Origin: Patescibacteria group bacterium
Lineage (GTDB): Bacteria > Patescibacteriota > Patescibacteriia > Magasanikbacterales > GWA2-37-8
Direction: 5' to 3'
NCBI GenBank assembly: GCA_004321885.1
Contig: SCQK01000004.1
Location: 1 to 64,000 of the forward strand
DNA: 64,000 nt
Each line of letters starts with the position of its first letter. The stretch's first letter is position 1. The position numbers and the translations under genes were made by a program. Positions 34,484-43,452 of the stretch are shown here, piece after piece. The notes under the pieces were generated by a model that saw only the letters and a program-made list of their open reading frames with translations, was not told the origin of the DNA and did no database searches.

Positions 34484-34530
34484 TCCTCCCCTTGTTAAGG
34501 GGAGGATTAAGGAGGGGTATTCTTAATTAT
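34484..34530. repeat. RPE-like palindrome, intergenic
   Basis: tcctccccttgttaaggggaggattaaggaggggtattc. Confidence 0.6.
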
Positions 34531-34543
34531 TAAAGAGAAATAT

Positions 34544-36358
34544 ATGATTAGACAACATTCACGAGGACGGCATCAGCGCGCGCGACGCGCCTATAACACG
34601 CCGCCCAAAGAAGCGCCGGCGCAAAGCGCGAACGGCAAGCCAAATATTATCCGGCCCATCTACCAAAAGCCGTCGTTTTCGCGTTTCAAAAACGATGATT
34701 TGAAACTAAAAATCGCGGTCTTGGGCGGGCTGGAAGAAGTGGGTCGCAACTGCACTTTATTTGAATACGACGGCGATATTATTTTGGTTGACATGGGCCT
34801 GCAATTCCCCGAAGAAGATATGCCCGGCATTGATTACATCATTCCCAACATCGGCTATCTGAAAGGCAAGGAAAAAAATATCCGCGGGGTGATTATCACC
34901 CACGCTCACTACGACCACATCGGCGGCATACCCCACCTGATTCCGGCTCTCGGCTATCCCCCGATTTACGGCCTGCCGCTGACGAACGCCATCATCAAAA
35001 AGCGCCAGGAGGATTACCGTGGCCTGCGGCCGCTAAACATTCATAATATAAATGTGGCTGATAAGTTGCAATTAGGAAATTTTGAACTGGAATTTTTTCA
35101 CCTGAACCACAACATCCCCGATTCCATGGGCGTGGTGATTCGCACTCCAGAAGGCGTAGTGGTGCACACCGGCGACTGGAAATTTGACTACCAACCGGCC
35201 GGCGAACAGCCCGCGGACTTGCAAAGAATAGCGTCCATCGGCAGTCAGGGCGTGCTGGCGCTTTTGTCCGACAGCACCAATGCCTCGTCCCCGGGCCACC
35301 AGATCTCCGAGTCCGAAATCCGCACCAATCTGGATGACATCATTGCCAAGGCCCCGGGCCGCATAATCATCGGCACTTTTTCTTCGCTCTTGTCGCGCAT
35401 CAAGCAGATTATTGAAATCTCCGAAAAACTGGGCAAGGTGGTGGCCCTGGACGGCTTTAGCATGAAAAGCAACGTGGCCATTGCCAAAGAACTAAACTAC
35501 ATGCGATTCAGTCCCAAGACCTTGATTGACCTAAACCGCACGCGCGATTACCCGGACAACAAGGTGGTCATCGTGTGTACTGGCGCCCAGGGAGAAAAAA
35601 ACGCTTCCCTAATGCGTATTGCCAGCGGCGAGCACCGCTTGATAGAACTGACGCCCGGGGATACGGTGGTGTTTTCTTCTTCGGTTATCCCGGGCAACGA
35701 GCGCACTGTTCAGCGCCTCAAAGACACTCTTTTTCGCAAAGGCGCCGAGGTGATTCATTACCAGATGATGGACGTGCACGCCGGCGGGCACGCCAAGGCC
35801 GATGACGTGAAGCTAATGATACGCCTGCTTTCGCCCAAGTATTTTATTCCCATTGAAGGCAACCACTTTTTATTGCACTACAACGCCAAGGTGGCTGAAA
35901 GCATGGGCTTTCCCAAAGAAAATATTTTTATCGCCGACAACGGGCAAGTAATGGAATTTTTCCGCGGCGCCGGCCAGCTCACCAGAACCAAACTGCCGGC
36001 CGATTACGTGTTCGTGGACGGCCTGGGCGTGAGCGATGAAACCAACATTGTTTTGCGCGACCGGCAAGTCCTGGCCGAAGACGGCATGATTGTGGTGATA
36101 GCCACCGTGGACAGCAAAACCGGCAAGCTGGTGCAAAACCCGGATATTATTTCGCGCGGGTTTGTGTTTTTGAAAGAAAACAAGGAGCTGATAGAAGACC
36201 TGCGCCACCGCGTAAAAAAGCTGGTTACCGACAGCGACCCGCTTTCCTGGGCCGACACCAACAACATCCGCAACAAAATCCGCGACTATGTGGGACAATT
36301 TCTGTTTTCCAAAACCGAAAAACGCCCCATGGTGCTTCCAGTGGTGATAGAGGTATAA
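34544..36358 (+). CDS. rnj: ribonuclease J
   Basis: Metallo-beta-lactamase motif ITHAHYDHIGG, beta-CASP and C-terminal domain. N-terminal ~50-aa basic extension. Confidence 0.88.
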   Translation: MIRQHSRGRHQRARRAYNTPPKEAPAQSANGKPNIIRPIYQKPSFSRFKNDDLKLKIAVLGGLEEVGRNCTLFEYDGDIILVDMGLQFPEEDMPGIDYIIPNIGYLKGKEKNIRGVIITHAHYDHIGGIPHLIPALGYPPIYGLPLTNAIIKKRQEDYRGLRPLNIHNINVADKLQLGNFELEFFHLNHNIPDSMGVVIRTPEGVVVHTGDWKFDYQPAGEQPADLQRIASIGSQGVLALLSDSTNASSPGHQISESEIRTNLDDIIAKAPGRIIIGTFSSLLSRIKQIIEISEKLGKVVALDGFSMKSNVAIAKELNYMRFSPKTLIDLNRTRDYPDNKVVIVCTGAQGEKNASLMRIASGEHRLIELTPGDTVVFSSSVIPGNERTVQRLKDTLFRKGAEVIHYQMMDVHAGGHAKADDVKLMIRLLSPKYFIPIEGNHFLLHYNAKVAESMGFPKENIFIADNGQVMEFFRGAGQLTRTKLPADYVFVDGLGVSDETNIVLRDRQVLAEDGMIVVIATVDSKTGKLVQNPDIISRGFVFLKENKELIEDLRHRVKKLVTDSDPLSWADTNNIRNKIRDYVGQFLFSKTEKRPMVLPVVIEV

Positions 36359-36363
36359 ATAAT

Positions 36364-36536
36364 CGCTGGCTCCATAGTCCCCGACTAAGTCGGGGCTGTG
36401 GAGCCGTATTGCAAACTGGCTCCACACAGAGTATGGAGCCAGCGGGTGTAGAAAATCGCTGGCTCCATAGTCCCCGACTAAGTCGGGGCTGTGGAGCCGT
36501 ATTGCAAACTGGCTCCACACAGAGTATGGGGTCAGC
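36364..36536. repeat. two tandem REP-like elements (GGCTCCA family) between convergent rnj and ldh
   Basis: 36364-36444 and 36456-36536 are near-identical. Each is cgctggctccatagtccccgactaagtcggggctgtggagccgtattgcaaactggctccacacagagtatggagccagcg. Confidence 0.8.
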
Positions 36537-36553
36537 GAGCAAAGGGAGGGGTT

Positions 36554-37474
36554 TTACAAATACTTCTTTACTGCTTCAGCGGATTTTTTGAACTTCTTTT
36601 GCTCAACCGAAGGCAATTTCAACGGCCAAATTTTCACAATCCCCTTTCGGCCCAGCACCGCCGGAACGCCCAGACAGACACCGCTGACACCGTTCCAGCC
36701 GTTCAGACGCACCGAGAGGGGTAAAATTTTATTTTGATCATAAAGCACCGCTTCTATAATATCCGCCACCGTCAAGGCGATGCCGTAAAAAGTGGCGCCT
36801 TTGCGGTTGATGATTTCATAGGCCTCATTTTTTACCTTTTCCGCGATTTTATCCAGCTCTTTGGTCTTGATGAAATTGGTCACCGGCGCGCCGCCGATCG
36901 TTACCGTTGACCAGGCCGCGAATTCGCTGTCGCCGTGCTCGCCGAGCACAAAGCCGCTCACGCTGTGCGCGTTCACTTTCAATCTGACGGCCAGCGCGTG
37001 CCGCAGGCGCGCCGTATCCAGCGCCGTGCCCGTGCCAAACACCTGGGCGCGCGGCAAACCCGAAACTTTTTGCGCGACGTGGGTCAGCACGTCCACCGGA
37101 TTGCTTATCATTATTACAATCGCGCTCGGCTTGATTTTGCCGATGGATTTGAAAATGGATTTTATCACCGCGCGATTTTTCTTCACCAAATCCAGGCGCG
37201 TTTCCCCGGGCTTTTGCGCCAGCCCGGCCGTGACTACGATGATATCGGCATCGGCCGCGTCTTTGAAATCCGCGCCCTTCACATTGCCGGTTTCCACGAA
37301 AGACAAACCGTCGGCGATGTCCATTACTTCGCCTTTTTCTTTTTTCTCGTTCAAATCAATCAAGAGCACCTCCGAGGCCAAATTTTTGACCATGTCCGTG
37401 TAGGCCACGGTGGAGCCCACGGCCCCGGCGCCGATAACCGCGATTTTTTGCGCGGGGTATTTTTTGTCAGGCAT
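36554..37474 (-). CDS. ldh: L-lactate dehydrogenase (LDH/MDH family, Gln at the substrate-specificity position)
   Basis: KIAVIGAGAVGST, AGLAQKPGETRLDL (Q-type), GEHGDS. Confidence 0.8.
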   Translation of the reverse strand: MPDKKYPAQKIAVIGAGAVGSTVAYTDMVKNLASEVLLIDLNEKKEKGEVMDIADGLSFVETGNVKGADFKDAADADIIVVTAGLAQKPGETRLDLVKKNRAVIKSIFKSIGKIKPSAIVIMISNPVDVLTHVAQKVSGLPRAQVFGTGTALDTARLRHALAVRLKVNAHSVSGFVLGEHGDSEFAAWSTVTIGGAPVTNFIKTKELDKIAEKVKNEAYEIINRKGATFYGIALTVADIIEAVLYDQNKILPLSVRLNGWNGVSGVCLGVPAVLGRKGIVKIWPLKLPSVEQKKFKKSAEAVKKYL

Positions 37475-37488
37475 AATAATAAATTATT

Positions 37489-37884
37489 TTATTCTTTCAA
37501 GTCCTTCATCAGCGAACTGGCCGGACTAACTTCGCCCGCAGGCATTGGCATAAGCTCAAAATAATTGTCCGCTGAACCTGCTTCGCGGACCAACAATACG
37601 TTAAAACGCGCTTTGCCTTCTTCTGTCTGCAAAACAAAATCACCGATTTCTTGAGGCACAACTGCGTGGGTTAGGATACTGCTTGTTTGCGGGCCGCTCT
37701 TTTCTTTGGTTAAATCAAAGAGCCCTTGTAAAACCTCAACGGCCTCCTCGCGAGGCAAAGTCCTGCCTTTTGTTTCAACCGCGAGCGCGTTTATGGCCAT
37801 CTTGACCTCGGCCATTAAAGCCCGGCGCCGCTTTTCCTCCTTGTCTCCTTCCCTATCCCCTTTGCCTTCATTAAACTCTGTCAT
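37489..37884 (-). CDS. hypothetical acidic protein
   Basis: 131 aa. No family recognised. Confidence 0.45.
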   Translation of the reverse strand: MTEFNEGKGDREGDKEEKRRRALMAEVKMAINALAVETKGRTLPREEAVEVLQGLFDLTKEKSGPQTSSILTHAVVPQEIGDFVLQTEEGKARFNVLLVREAGSADNYFELMPMPAGEVSPASSLMKDLKE

Positions 37885-38470
37885 ACATAAATTTCAAATC
37901 TCCTTTTTAGATAGTATAGCAAACAAAAACGCCCCTGTTAAGGGGGCGTTTGTGGTTCATGGTTATAAGCCGAATTTTGTACCCCGACGTTACGTCGGGG
38001 CGATGTTCATTTCTCTGGTCTTGACATTGCTGTCAAAATCTTAGCGAGCGAACTTTTTATCCCGACTAAGTCGGGACTCTGCTCTTGCGCCAGACAGGGC
38101 TTGGCACTCTTCGACGTTGCCGCCGAAGGGAGTATGGTAGCTTTGGTCTCGAGAACCACAACTCCCATACACTTTTCACCTTTGACGAACCCCGACTAAG
38201 TCGGGGTGAACGTCCGCCTGTGGCGGACTCTCATGAATCGCTAGTATTGTCTCTGTGCCGCTTTCCCTACGCCGACGTTGCCGCCGACGTGGCGGGTGTT
38301 ACCCGTTGCCTTTTTCTTTACCGGCTAGTTCCGCTAAGGGCGGACAGACGGAAAGGGCGTTCGGACTTTCCTTCCCGACTAAGTCGGGACGAACATCTGC
38401 CACGAACTGATTAAATGTAGCACAAAAACGCCGACTTGTCAAGACAGCTAAAAAAGAGTAAAATGGCAGT

Positions 38471-39886
38471 ATGAAAAGACTTGACTACACCTTTACTTTT
38501 CTCCAACTTCCGGTGGATTACCTGATGCTTATTCTGGCCGGCTTTAGCGCCTATGGTTTGCGCTTCAGCAAATTCGCGGTCTCCATCCGCCCCATCATGT
38601 TTGACTTGTCCTGGAGTAAATATTGGCCCACAGCGCTTTTGGCCGCCGCGGGCTGGGTGATTATTTTCGCCCTGGCCGGGCTTTATCACTCCAACCCCAA
38701 CCGCAAATTACTGCGCGACCTGTCCCGCGTGCTCTTCGCCTGCTCCACCGGCTTCGCGGGCATCACCATTTACGTTTTTTTCACCCTGCAAAAATTTGAT
38801 TCGCGCTTTTTGGTTTTGGCCGGCTGGATTTTGGCCGCGCTCTATGTGAGCGCTGGCAGAATTATCATGCGCGGTCTAAAATTATTATTTTATAACCTGG
38901 GCCTGGGCCTGCGCCGCACGGTGATTGTCGGCTCGCAAATCATGGCCGAGCAGATTATCGGCGCCCTGGGCGGCCGCCAATATCTGGGGTACAAGGTAGT
39001 CGGTTTTTTTGACTGTTTTGATATTAGCTCGGCCAAAAAAATCGCCGCCCTTTCCCCGGATGAAATTATTTTCGCGGACCCCAAAGCCCACGGCGAGGAA
39101 GCCGTGGACGCGGTGGATTTTGCCAACGAGCACCATATCGCCTTCAAGTACTCGGCCGACCTCTTTTCCACCATCTCCACCAACATGACTGTGTCCACCA
39201 TTGCCGGCATTCCCATCATAGAGCTGGGGCGCACGCGCCTGGTGGGCTGGGGCATGATTGTCAAGAGAATTTTTGATATTCTCGGCAGTCTGATTTTGTT
39301 AATTTTCTTCTCGCCTATTTTCGCCCTGGCCGGCCTGGCTGTGCTGGCGGAAACCGGCCGTCCGGCGCTGTACCGCAACAGGCGCGTGGGGCAAAACAAC
39401 CGCGAGTTTATCGCCCTAAAATTCCGTTCCATGCGCCAAAAAGATTGCGTGGGGGAAGAATACGACAATGCCAAAAAAGCCCTGGCCAAAGAGCAAAAAC
39501 TAATAGAAACGCAGAGCGCGAAAAGCGGCCCGATTTACAAGATTAAAGACGACCCGCGCGTCACCAAAGTCGGCGCCTTTATCCGCCGCTGGAGCATAGA
39601 CGAACTGCCTCAACTGTGGAATGTGTTACGGGGGGAAATGAGTCTGGTGGGTCCGCGCCCGCACCAGCCCAGGGAAGTGAATAAATACCCATCGCGCCAC
39701 AAAATCGTCCTGGCCATCAAACCGGGCATCACCGGCCTGGCGCAAATTTCCGGCCGCAGCAGTTTAAGTTTTGAAGAGGAAATCCGGCTGGATACTTTAT
39801 ATATAGAAAAATGGAGCATCATTATGGATTTGATTATTTTGCTTAAAACCCCCTTTATTGTTTTGCGCAAAGAAGGCGCGTGGTGA
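38471..39886 (+). CDS. polyprenyl-phosphate glycosyl-phosphotransferase (bacterial sugar transferase family, WbaP/EpsL-like)
   Basis: Multiple N-terminal TMs, RIFDILGSLILLIFFSPI, VGPRPHQPREV, KPGITGLAQISGRS. Confidence 0.85.
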   Translation: MKRLDYTFTFLQLPVDYLMLILAGFSAYGLRFSKFAVSIRPIMFDLSWSKYWPTALLAAAGWVIIFALAGLYHSNPNRKLLRDLSRVLFACSTGFAGITIYVFFTLQKFDSRFLVLAGWILAALYVSAGRIIMRGLKLLFYNLGLGLRRTVIVGSQIMAEQIIGALGGRQYLGYKVVGFFDCFDISSAKKIAALSPDEIIFADPKAHGEEAVDAVDFANEHHIAFKYSADLFSTISTNMTVSTIAGIPIIELGRTRLVGWGMIVKRIFDILGSLILLIFFSPIFALAGLAVLAETGRPALYRNRRVGQNNREFIALKFRSMRQKDCVGEEYDNAKKALAKEQKLIETQSAKSGPIYKIKDDPRVTKVGAFIRRWSIDELPQLWNVLRGEMSLVGPRPHQPREVNKYPSRHKIVLAIKPGITGLAQISGRSSLSFEEEIRLDTLYIEKWSIIMDLIILLKTPFIVLRKEGAW

Positions 39887-39893
39887 GACCCCT

Positions 39894-41015
39894 ATGAAAA
39901 TTGCCCTGGTCCATGATTATCTGGCTCAAGACGGAGGGGCCGAGCGCGTACTGAAAACGTTTCATGAAATCTGGCCGCAAGCGCCTATTTTTGTTCTTTT
40001 CCACAACAAAAAAATGATAGACAGCCTGCCCGAGGCTAAAATCAATCAGTCGTTCATCTCCCGCCTGCCTTTCGGGAAAAAATTTTTTCAATGGTATCTG
40101 CCTCTCATGCCCGTGGCCACGGAAAAGCACAACCTGCATGAATTTGACGTGGTGCTTTCTTCCACCAGTTCATTTGCCAAAGGCGTGCTCACGCGGCCCG
40201 AAACCCTGCACATCTCCTATTGCCACACTCCCCCGCGCTATTTGTGGACCGAGGCCCACGAATATCTAACCGACCTGCGCCTGAACCGCGCGGTCAAAGC
40301 CCTGCTCCCGCGCATCATTTACAAACTGCGCATGTGGGACCAGATGAGCGCGGACCGCGTGGATTTTTTCATCGCCAACTCGCGCACGGTGCAGTTGCGC
40401 ATAAACAAGTATTACCGCCGTGCGAGCGATTTGATTTACCCGCCCGTGGACTTGGAAAAATTTCGCGTCGCGCCCGCCATCAGCGACTACTTCGCGGCCG
40501 GCGGCCGGCTGGTGCCTTATAAAAAAATTGACCTGGTCGTGAAAACTTTCAACCGGCTGAAATGGCCCCTGAAAATTTTCGGCGTGGGGCCGGAGCTAAA
40601 CGCTCTGCAAAAAATGGCCAAGCCGAACATAGAATTTCTGGGAAAAATTTCCGATGAAGAGAAAGCGTCTTTGCTGGGTCAGGCGCGAGCGTTCATTCAT
40701 CCGCAATTAGAGGACTGCGGCATCACGCCGCTTGAAACCATGGCCAGCGGCCGGCCGGTGATCGCCTATGCGGCCGGCGGGGCCACGGAAACGGTTTTGC
40801 CAAACGAGACCGGCGTTTTTTTCCACAAGCAAAATTGGGAATCGCTTTATAAAATCCTGCTTAATTTTGACCCATATTCCTGGGACGGCGAGCGCGTGCG
40901 CCAGCATGCGGCCAAATTCAACTCCGCCAATTTCAAGCAAAAAATAAAGGATTACGTGGAGCATCGGTACGAAGAATTCAAAAAGGGACTAAGCCAGGAA
41001 AGATTATTTGTATAA
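39894..41015 (+). CDS. glycosyltransferase family 4
   Basis: KIALVHDYLAQDGGAERV...EDCGITPLETMASGRPVIAY (GT4 E-x7-E region). Start moved to M13. Confidence 0.8.
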   Translation: MKIALVHDYLAQDGGAERVLKTFHEIWPQAPIFVLFHNKKMIDSLPEAKINQSFISRLPFGKKFFQWYLPLMPVATEKHNLHEFDVVLSSTSSFAKGVLTRPETLHISYCHTPPRYLWTEAHEYLTDLRLNRAVKALLPRIIYKLRMWDQMSADRVDFFIANSRTVQLRINKYYRRASDLIYPPVDLEKFRVAPAISDYFAAGGRLVPYKKIDLVVKTFNRLKWPLKIFGVGPELNALQKMAKPNIEFLGKISDEEKASLLGQARAFIHPQLEDCGITPLETMASGRPVIAYAAGGATETVLPNETGVFFHKQNWESLYKILLNFDPYSWDGERVRQHAAKFNSANFKQKIKDYVEHRYEEFKKGLSQERLFV

Positions 41016-41018
41016 TAT

Positions 41019-42212
41019 ATGCGCGTTGGCATTGATGTCAGGCCGCTGATGAATGACGTGCGCACCGGCATTGGCGAATACACGCATTTTTTGCTGGACA
41101 CTATTTTTGACATTGATAAAAAGAACGAATATTTTCTGTTTTACAACTCCGGCAAAGATGTCGGCGCCAATATTCCCCAGTGGACGCAAAATAATATTCA
41201 TTATGTCGCGAGCAGATGGCCCAATAAAATTTTCAACGCGTCCATAAAATTTTTCAACCGGCCGCGAATCAAAGAGGTGGACATTTTTTTTTCTCCTAAT
41301 CTCAACTTCACCGCCCTGTCGCCGAAAACAAAATTTATTCTCACGGTTCACGACTTGTCCTTTGAGCTGTTTCCGGAATTTTTTTCCGCCAAACAGCGGC
41401 TGTGGCACAAAATGATAAACCCGCGCAGACAATGCCAGCGGGCCGATATTATTATCGCGCCCTCTGAAAACACCAAGCGGGATTTGAGGGAGATATATAA
41501 TATAGAAGAGAAAAAAATAAAAGTGATTTACCCGGGAATATGTCATCCCGACCCGCCACAGGGCGGGGAGGGATCTCTGTTCACGGCTGGCTCCATAATC
41601 CCCCCCACAGGGGTGGAGCTAAACTGCAAGCTGGCTCCACAGCCCGCCTTTGGCGGGATTATGGAGCCAGCCAATTCCAATCCCTACATCCTCTTCCTCG
41701 GCACCATTGAGCCGCGCAAAAATATTATCGGCCTGATAGAGGCGTTTGAAAAAGCCTGCCCCTCGCTCCCGGCGCCTTACACCCTCGTTATCGCCGGGGC
41801 CGCGGGCTGGAACAATAAACAGATTTACGAACGCGCCAAAAATTCCCCCATTAAAGATAAAATTAAAATTTTGGGATACGTGCGGCCGGAAGAAAAGCCG
41901 GCTCTGTATGCCGGCGCGGCCTTGTTTTGCTATCCCAGCATTTACGAGGGCTTTGGTTTTCCGGTTTTGGAAGCCATGTCCGCGGGGACTCCGGTTTTAA
42001 CCTCAAACCGCTCTTCCCTGCCGGAAATAACGAGCGGCGCCGCGCACCTGGTAAATCCAAACAATGTTTCCGACATGGCCGCAGGCATAATAAACATTTT
42101 AACCAACGAAAAACTGCGCAATTTTTTGAAAGAAAAGGGCCAAGAGCAGGCCGCGAAATTTTTATGGCAAGAAGCGGCGGAAAAATTTTTAAGCGTTATT
42201 CGCTCTTTGTAA
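41019..42212 (+). CDS. glycosyltransferase family 4, carrying an in-frame REP-element insert in the inter-domain linker
   Basis: GT4 C-terminal domain YPSIYEGFGFPVLEAMSAGTPVLTS. Linker GICHPDPPQGGEGSLFTAGSIIPPTGVELNCKLAPQPAFGGIMEPANS is encoded by the palindrome at 41549-41578 plus the REP copy at 41585-41672. Confidence 0.8.
   Translation: MRVGIDVRPLMNDVRTGIGEYTHFLLDTIFDIDKKNEYFLFYNSGKDVGANIPQWTQNNIHYVASRWPNKIFNASIKFFNRPRIKEVDIFFSPNLNFTALSPKTKFILTVHDLSFELFPEFFSAKQRLWHKMINPRRQCQRADIIIAPSENTKRDLREIYNIEEKKIKVIYPGICHPDPPQGGEGSLFTAGSIIPPTGVELNCKLAPQPAFGGIMEPANSNPYILFLGTIEPRKNIIGLIEAFEKACPSLPAPYTLVIAGAAGWNNKQIYERAKNSPIKDKIKILGYVRPEEKPALYAGAALFCYPSIYEGFGFPVLEAMSAGTPVLTSNRSSLPEITSGAAHLVNPNNVSDMAAGIINILTNEKLRNFLKEKGQEQAAKFLWQEAAEKFLSVIRSL
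41585..41672. repeat. REP-like element (GGCTCCA family) inserted in frame within a GT4 coding sequence
   Basis: cggctggctccataatcccccccacaggggtggagctaaactgcaagctggctccacagcccgcctttggcgggattatggagccagcc. Same architecture as the 4229-4315 copy. The ORF stays open. Confidence 0.7.
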
Positions 42213-42321
42213 AAACCGCCAAACGTAGTAAAATAATAAACAGTAATTGATTTTAGTTAAAAAAACAGAAAATGCTCAATAAGAAATAAATAAGTTAAAG
42301 ATCAACTAGAAACCGACGAGT

Positions 42322-43449
42322 ATGGCAGAAAAAAAAATCCTCATCCTGCACGACTACTTCCTGTACAAAGGCGGCGGAGAACGGCTGGTGATTTCTTTGG
42401 CCAAGGGTTTGGGGGCCGATATCGCCACGGCTTTTATCGCGGCCGGCGCCTTTGACCCGCGCGACCACGGCATCAAAACCTTTGAATTATACAAAGAGAG
42501 CCGTTTTTCGCGAATCCCCGGCTTCAGATATTTGCAAACGCAATTCGCTTTTTTGCTCAAAACCGGCTTTGCCAAAAACTACGATGTCGTTATTTACAGC
42601 GGCGACTGCCTCACAGCGCGATTGCGCCTAACCAAACCAAAAAGCATCGCCTACATGCATACTCCTCCGCGTCATTTGTACGACGCCTATAGCGAACGCC
42701 TGCGCGAATATCCGTTGTGGAAAAAAATAATTTTTGTTCCCTTTGTTTGGTTCAACCGTTTGCGCTTTTCTTATTTAACAAAAAAAATGAACGTGATCGT
42801 CACAAATTCTCAAAACACGCGCGCGCGCATCAAAGAGTATTTGGGATTGGATTCCATTGTCGTTTATCCGCCCTGCGATGTCGTGCCCTTGTCCAATCTG
42901 GGCTACGGCGATTATTTTTTTTCCTGGGCCCGGCTCTATCCGATTAAACGCGTGGATAAGATCGTGGAGGCCTTTGCCGCCATGCCGGATAAAAAACTGG
43001 TGGTGGCCTCGGGCGGGCCGGATCTGGAAAAAATCCAAAAACTGGCGGCCGGCTGCCAGAACATCAAAGTGCTGGGCTGGATCAGCGACCAAGAATTGGA
43101 ACAACACCTGGGCAAATGTTTGGCCACCATTTACGTTCCGGTGCGCGAGGACTTTGGCATGAGCGCGGTTGAATCCATGAATGCAGGCAAACCGGTAATC
43201 GGCGCGGCCGAAGGCGGGCTCTTGGAAATAATTGAACACGAAAAAAACGGCTTTCTGCTAAAACCCGATTTTAGCGCCGAAGATTTACGCGCGGCCGTAC
43301 GCGCCATGACCGCGGACAAAGCCGCGGCTATGGCCAATGCCTGCCTGGCCACGAGCAAAAAATTCAGCGAGCAAAACTTCATTGAGGGAATGAAAAAAAT
43401 AGTGTATAATGTCATTGCGAGGCCGAAGCAAACCCATGCCCAACGATAG
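42322..43449 (+). CDS. glycosyltransferase family 4
   Basis: KILILHDYFLYKGGGERL...EDFGMSAVESMNAGKPVIG. Confidence 0.8.
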   Translation: MAEKKILILHDYFLYKGGGERLVISLAKGLGADIATAFIAAGAFDPRDHGIKTFELYKESRFSRIPGFRYLQTQFAFLLKTGFAKNYDVVIYSGDCLTARLRLTKPKSIAYMHTPPRHLYDAYSERLREYPLWKKIIFVPFVWFNRLRFSYLTKKMNVIVTNSQNTRARIKEYLGLDSIVVYPPCDVVPLSNLGYGDYFFSWARLYPIKRVDKIVEAFAAMPDKKLVVASGGPDLEKIQKLAAGCQNIKVLGWISDQELEQHLGKCLATIYVPVREDFGMSAVESMNAGKPVIGAAEGGLLEIIEHEKNGFLLKPDFSAEDLRAAVRAMTADKAAAMANACLATSKKFSEQNFIEGMKKIVYNVIARPKQTHAQR

Positions 43450-43452
43450 GGA

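Noticed and set aside
38085-38414. 109-aa ORF in the long intergenic region
   Set aside because: Low-complexity Arg/Leu-rich product encoded across palindromic repeats. More likely non-coding.
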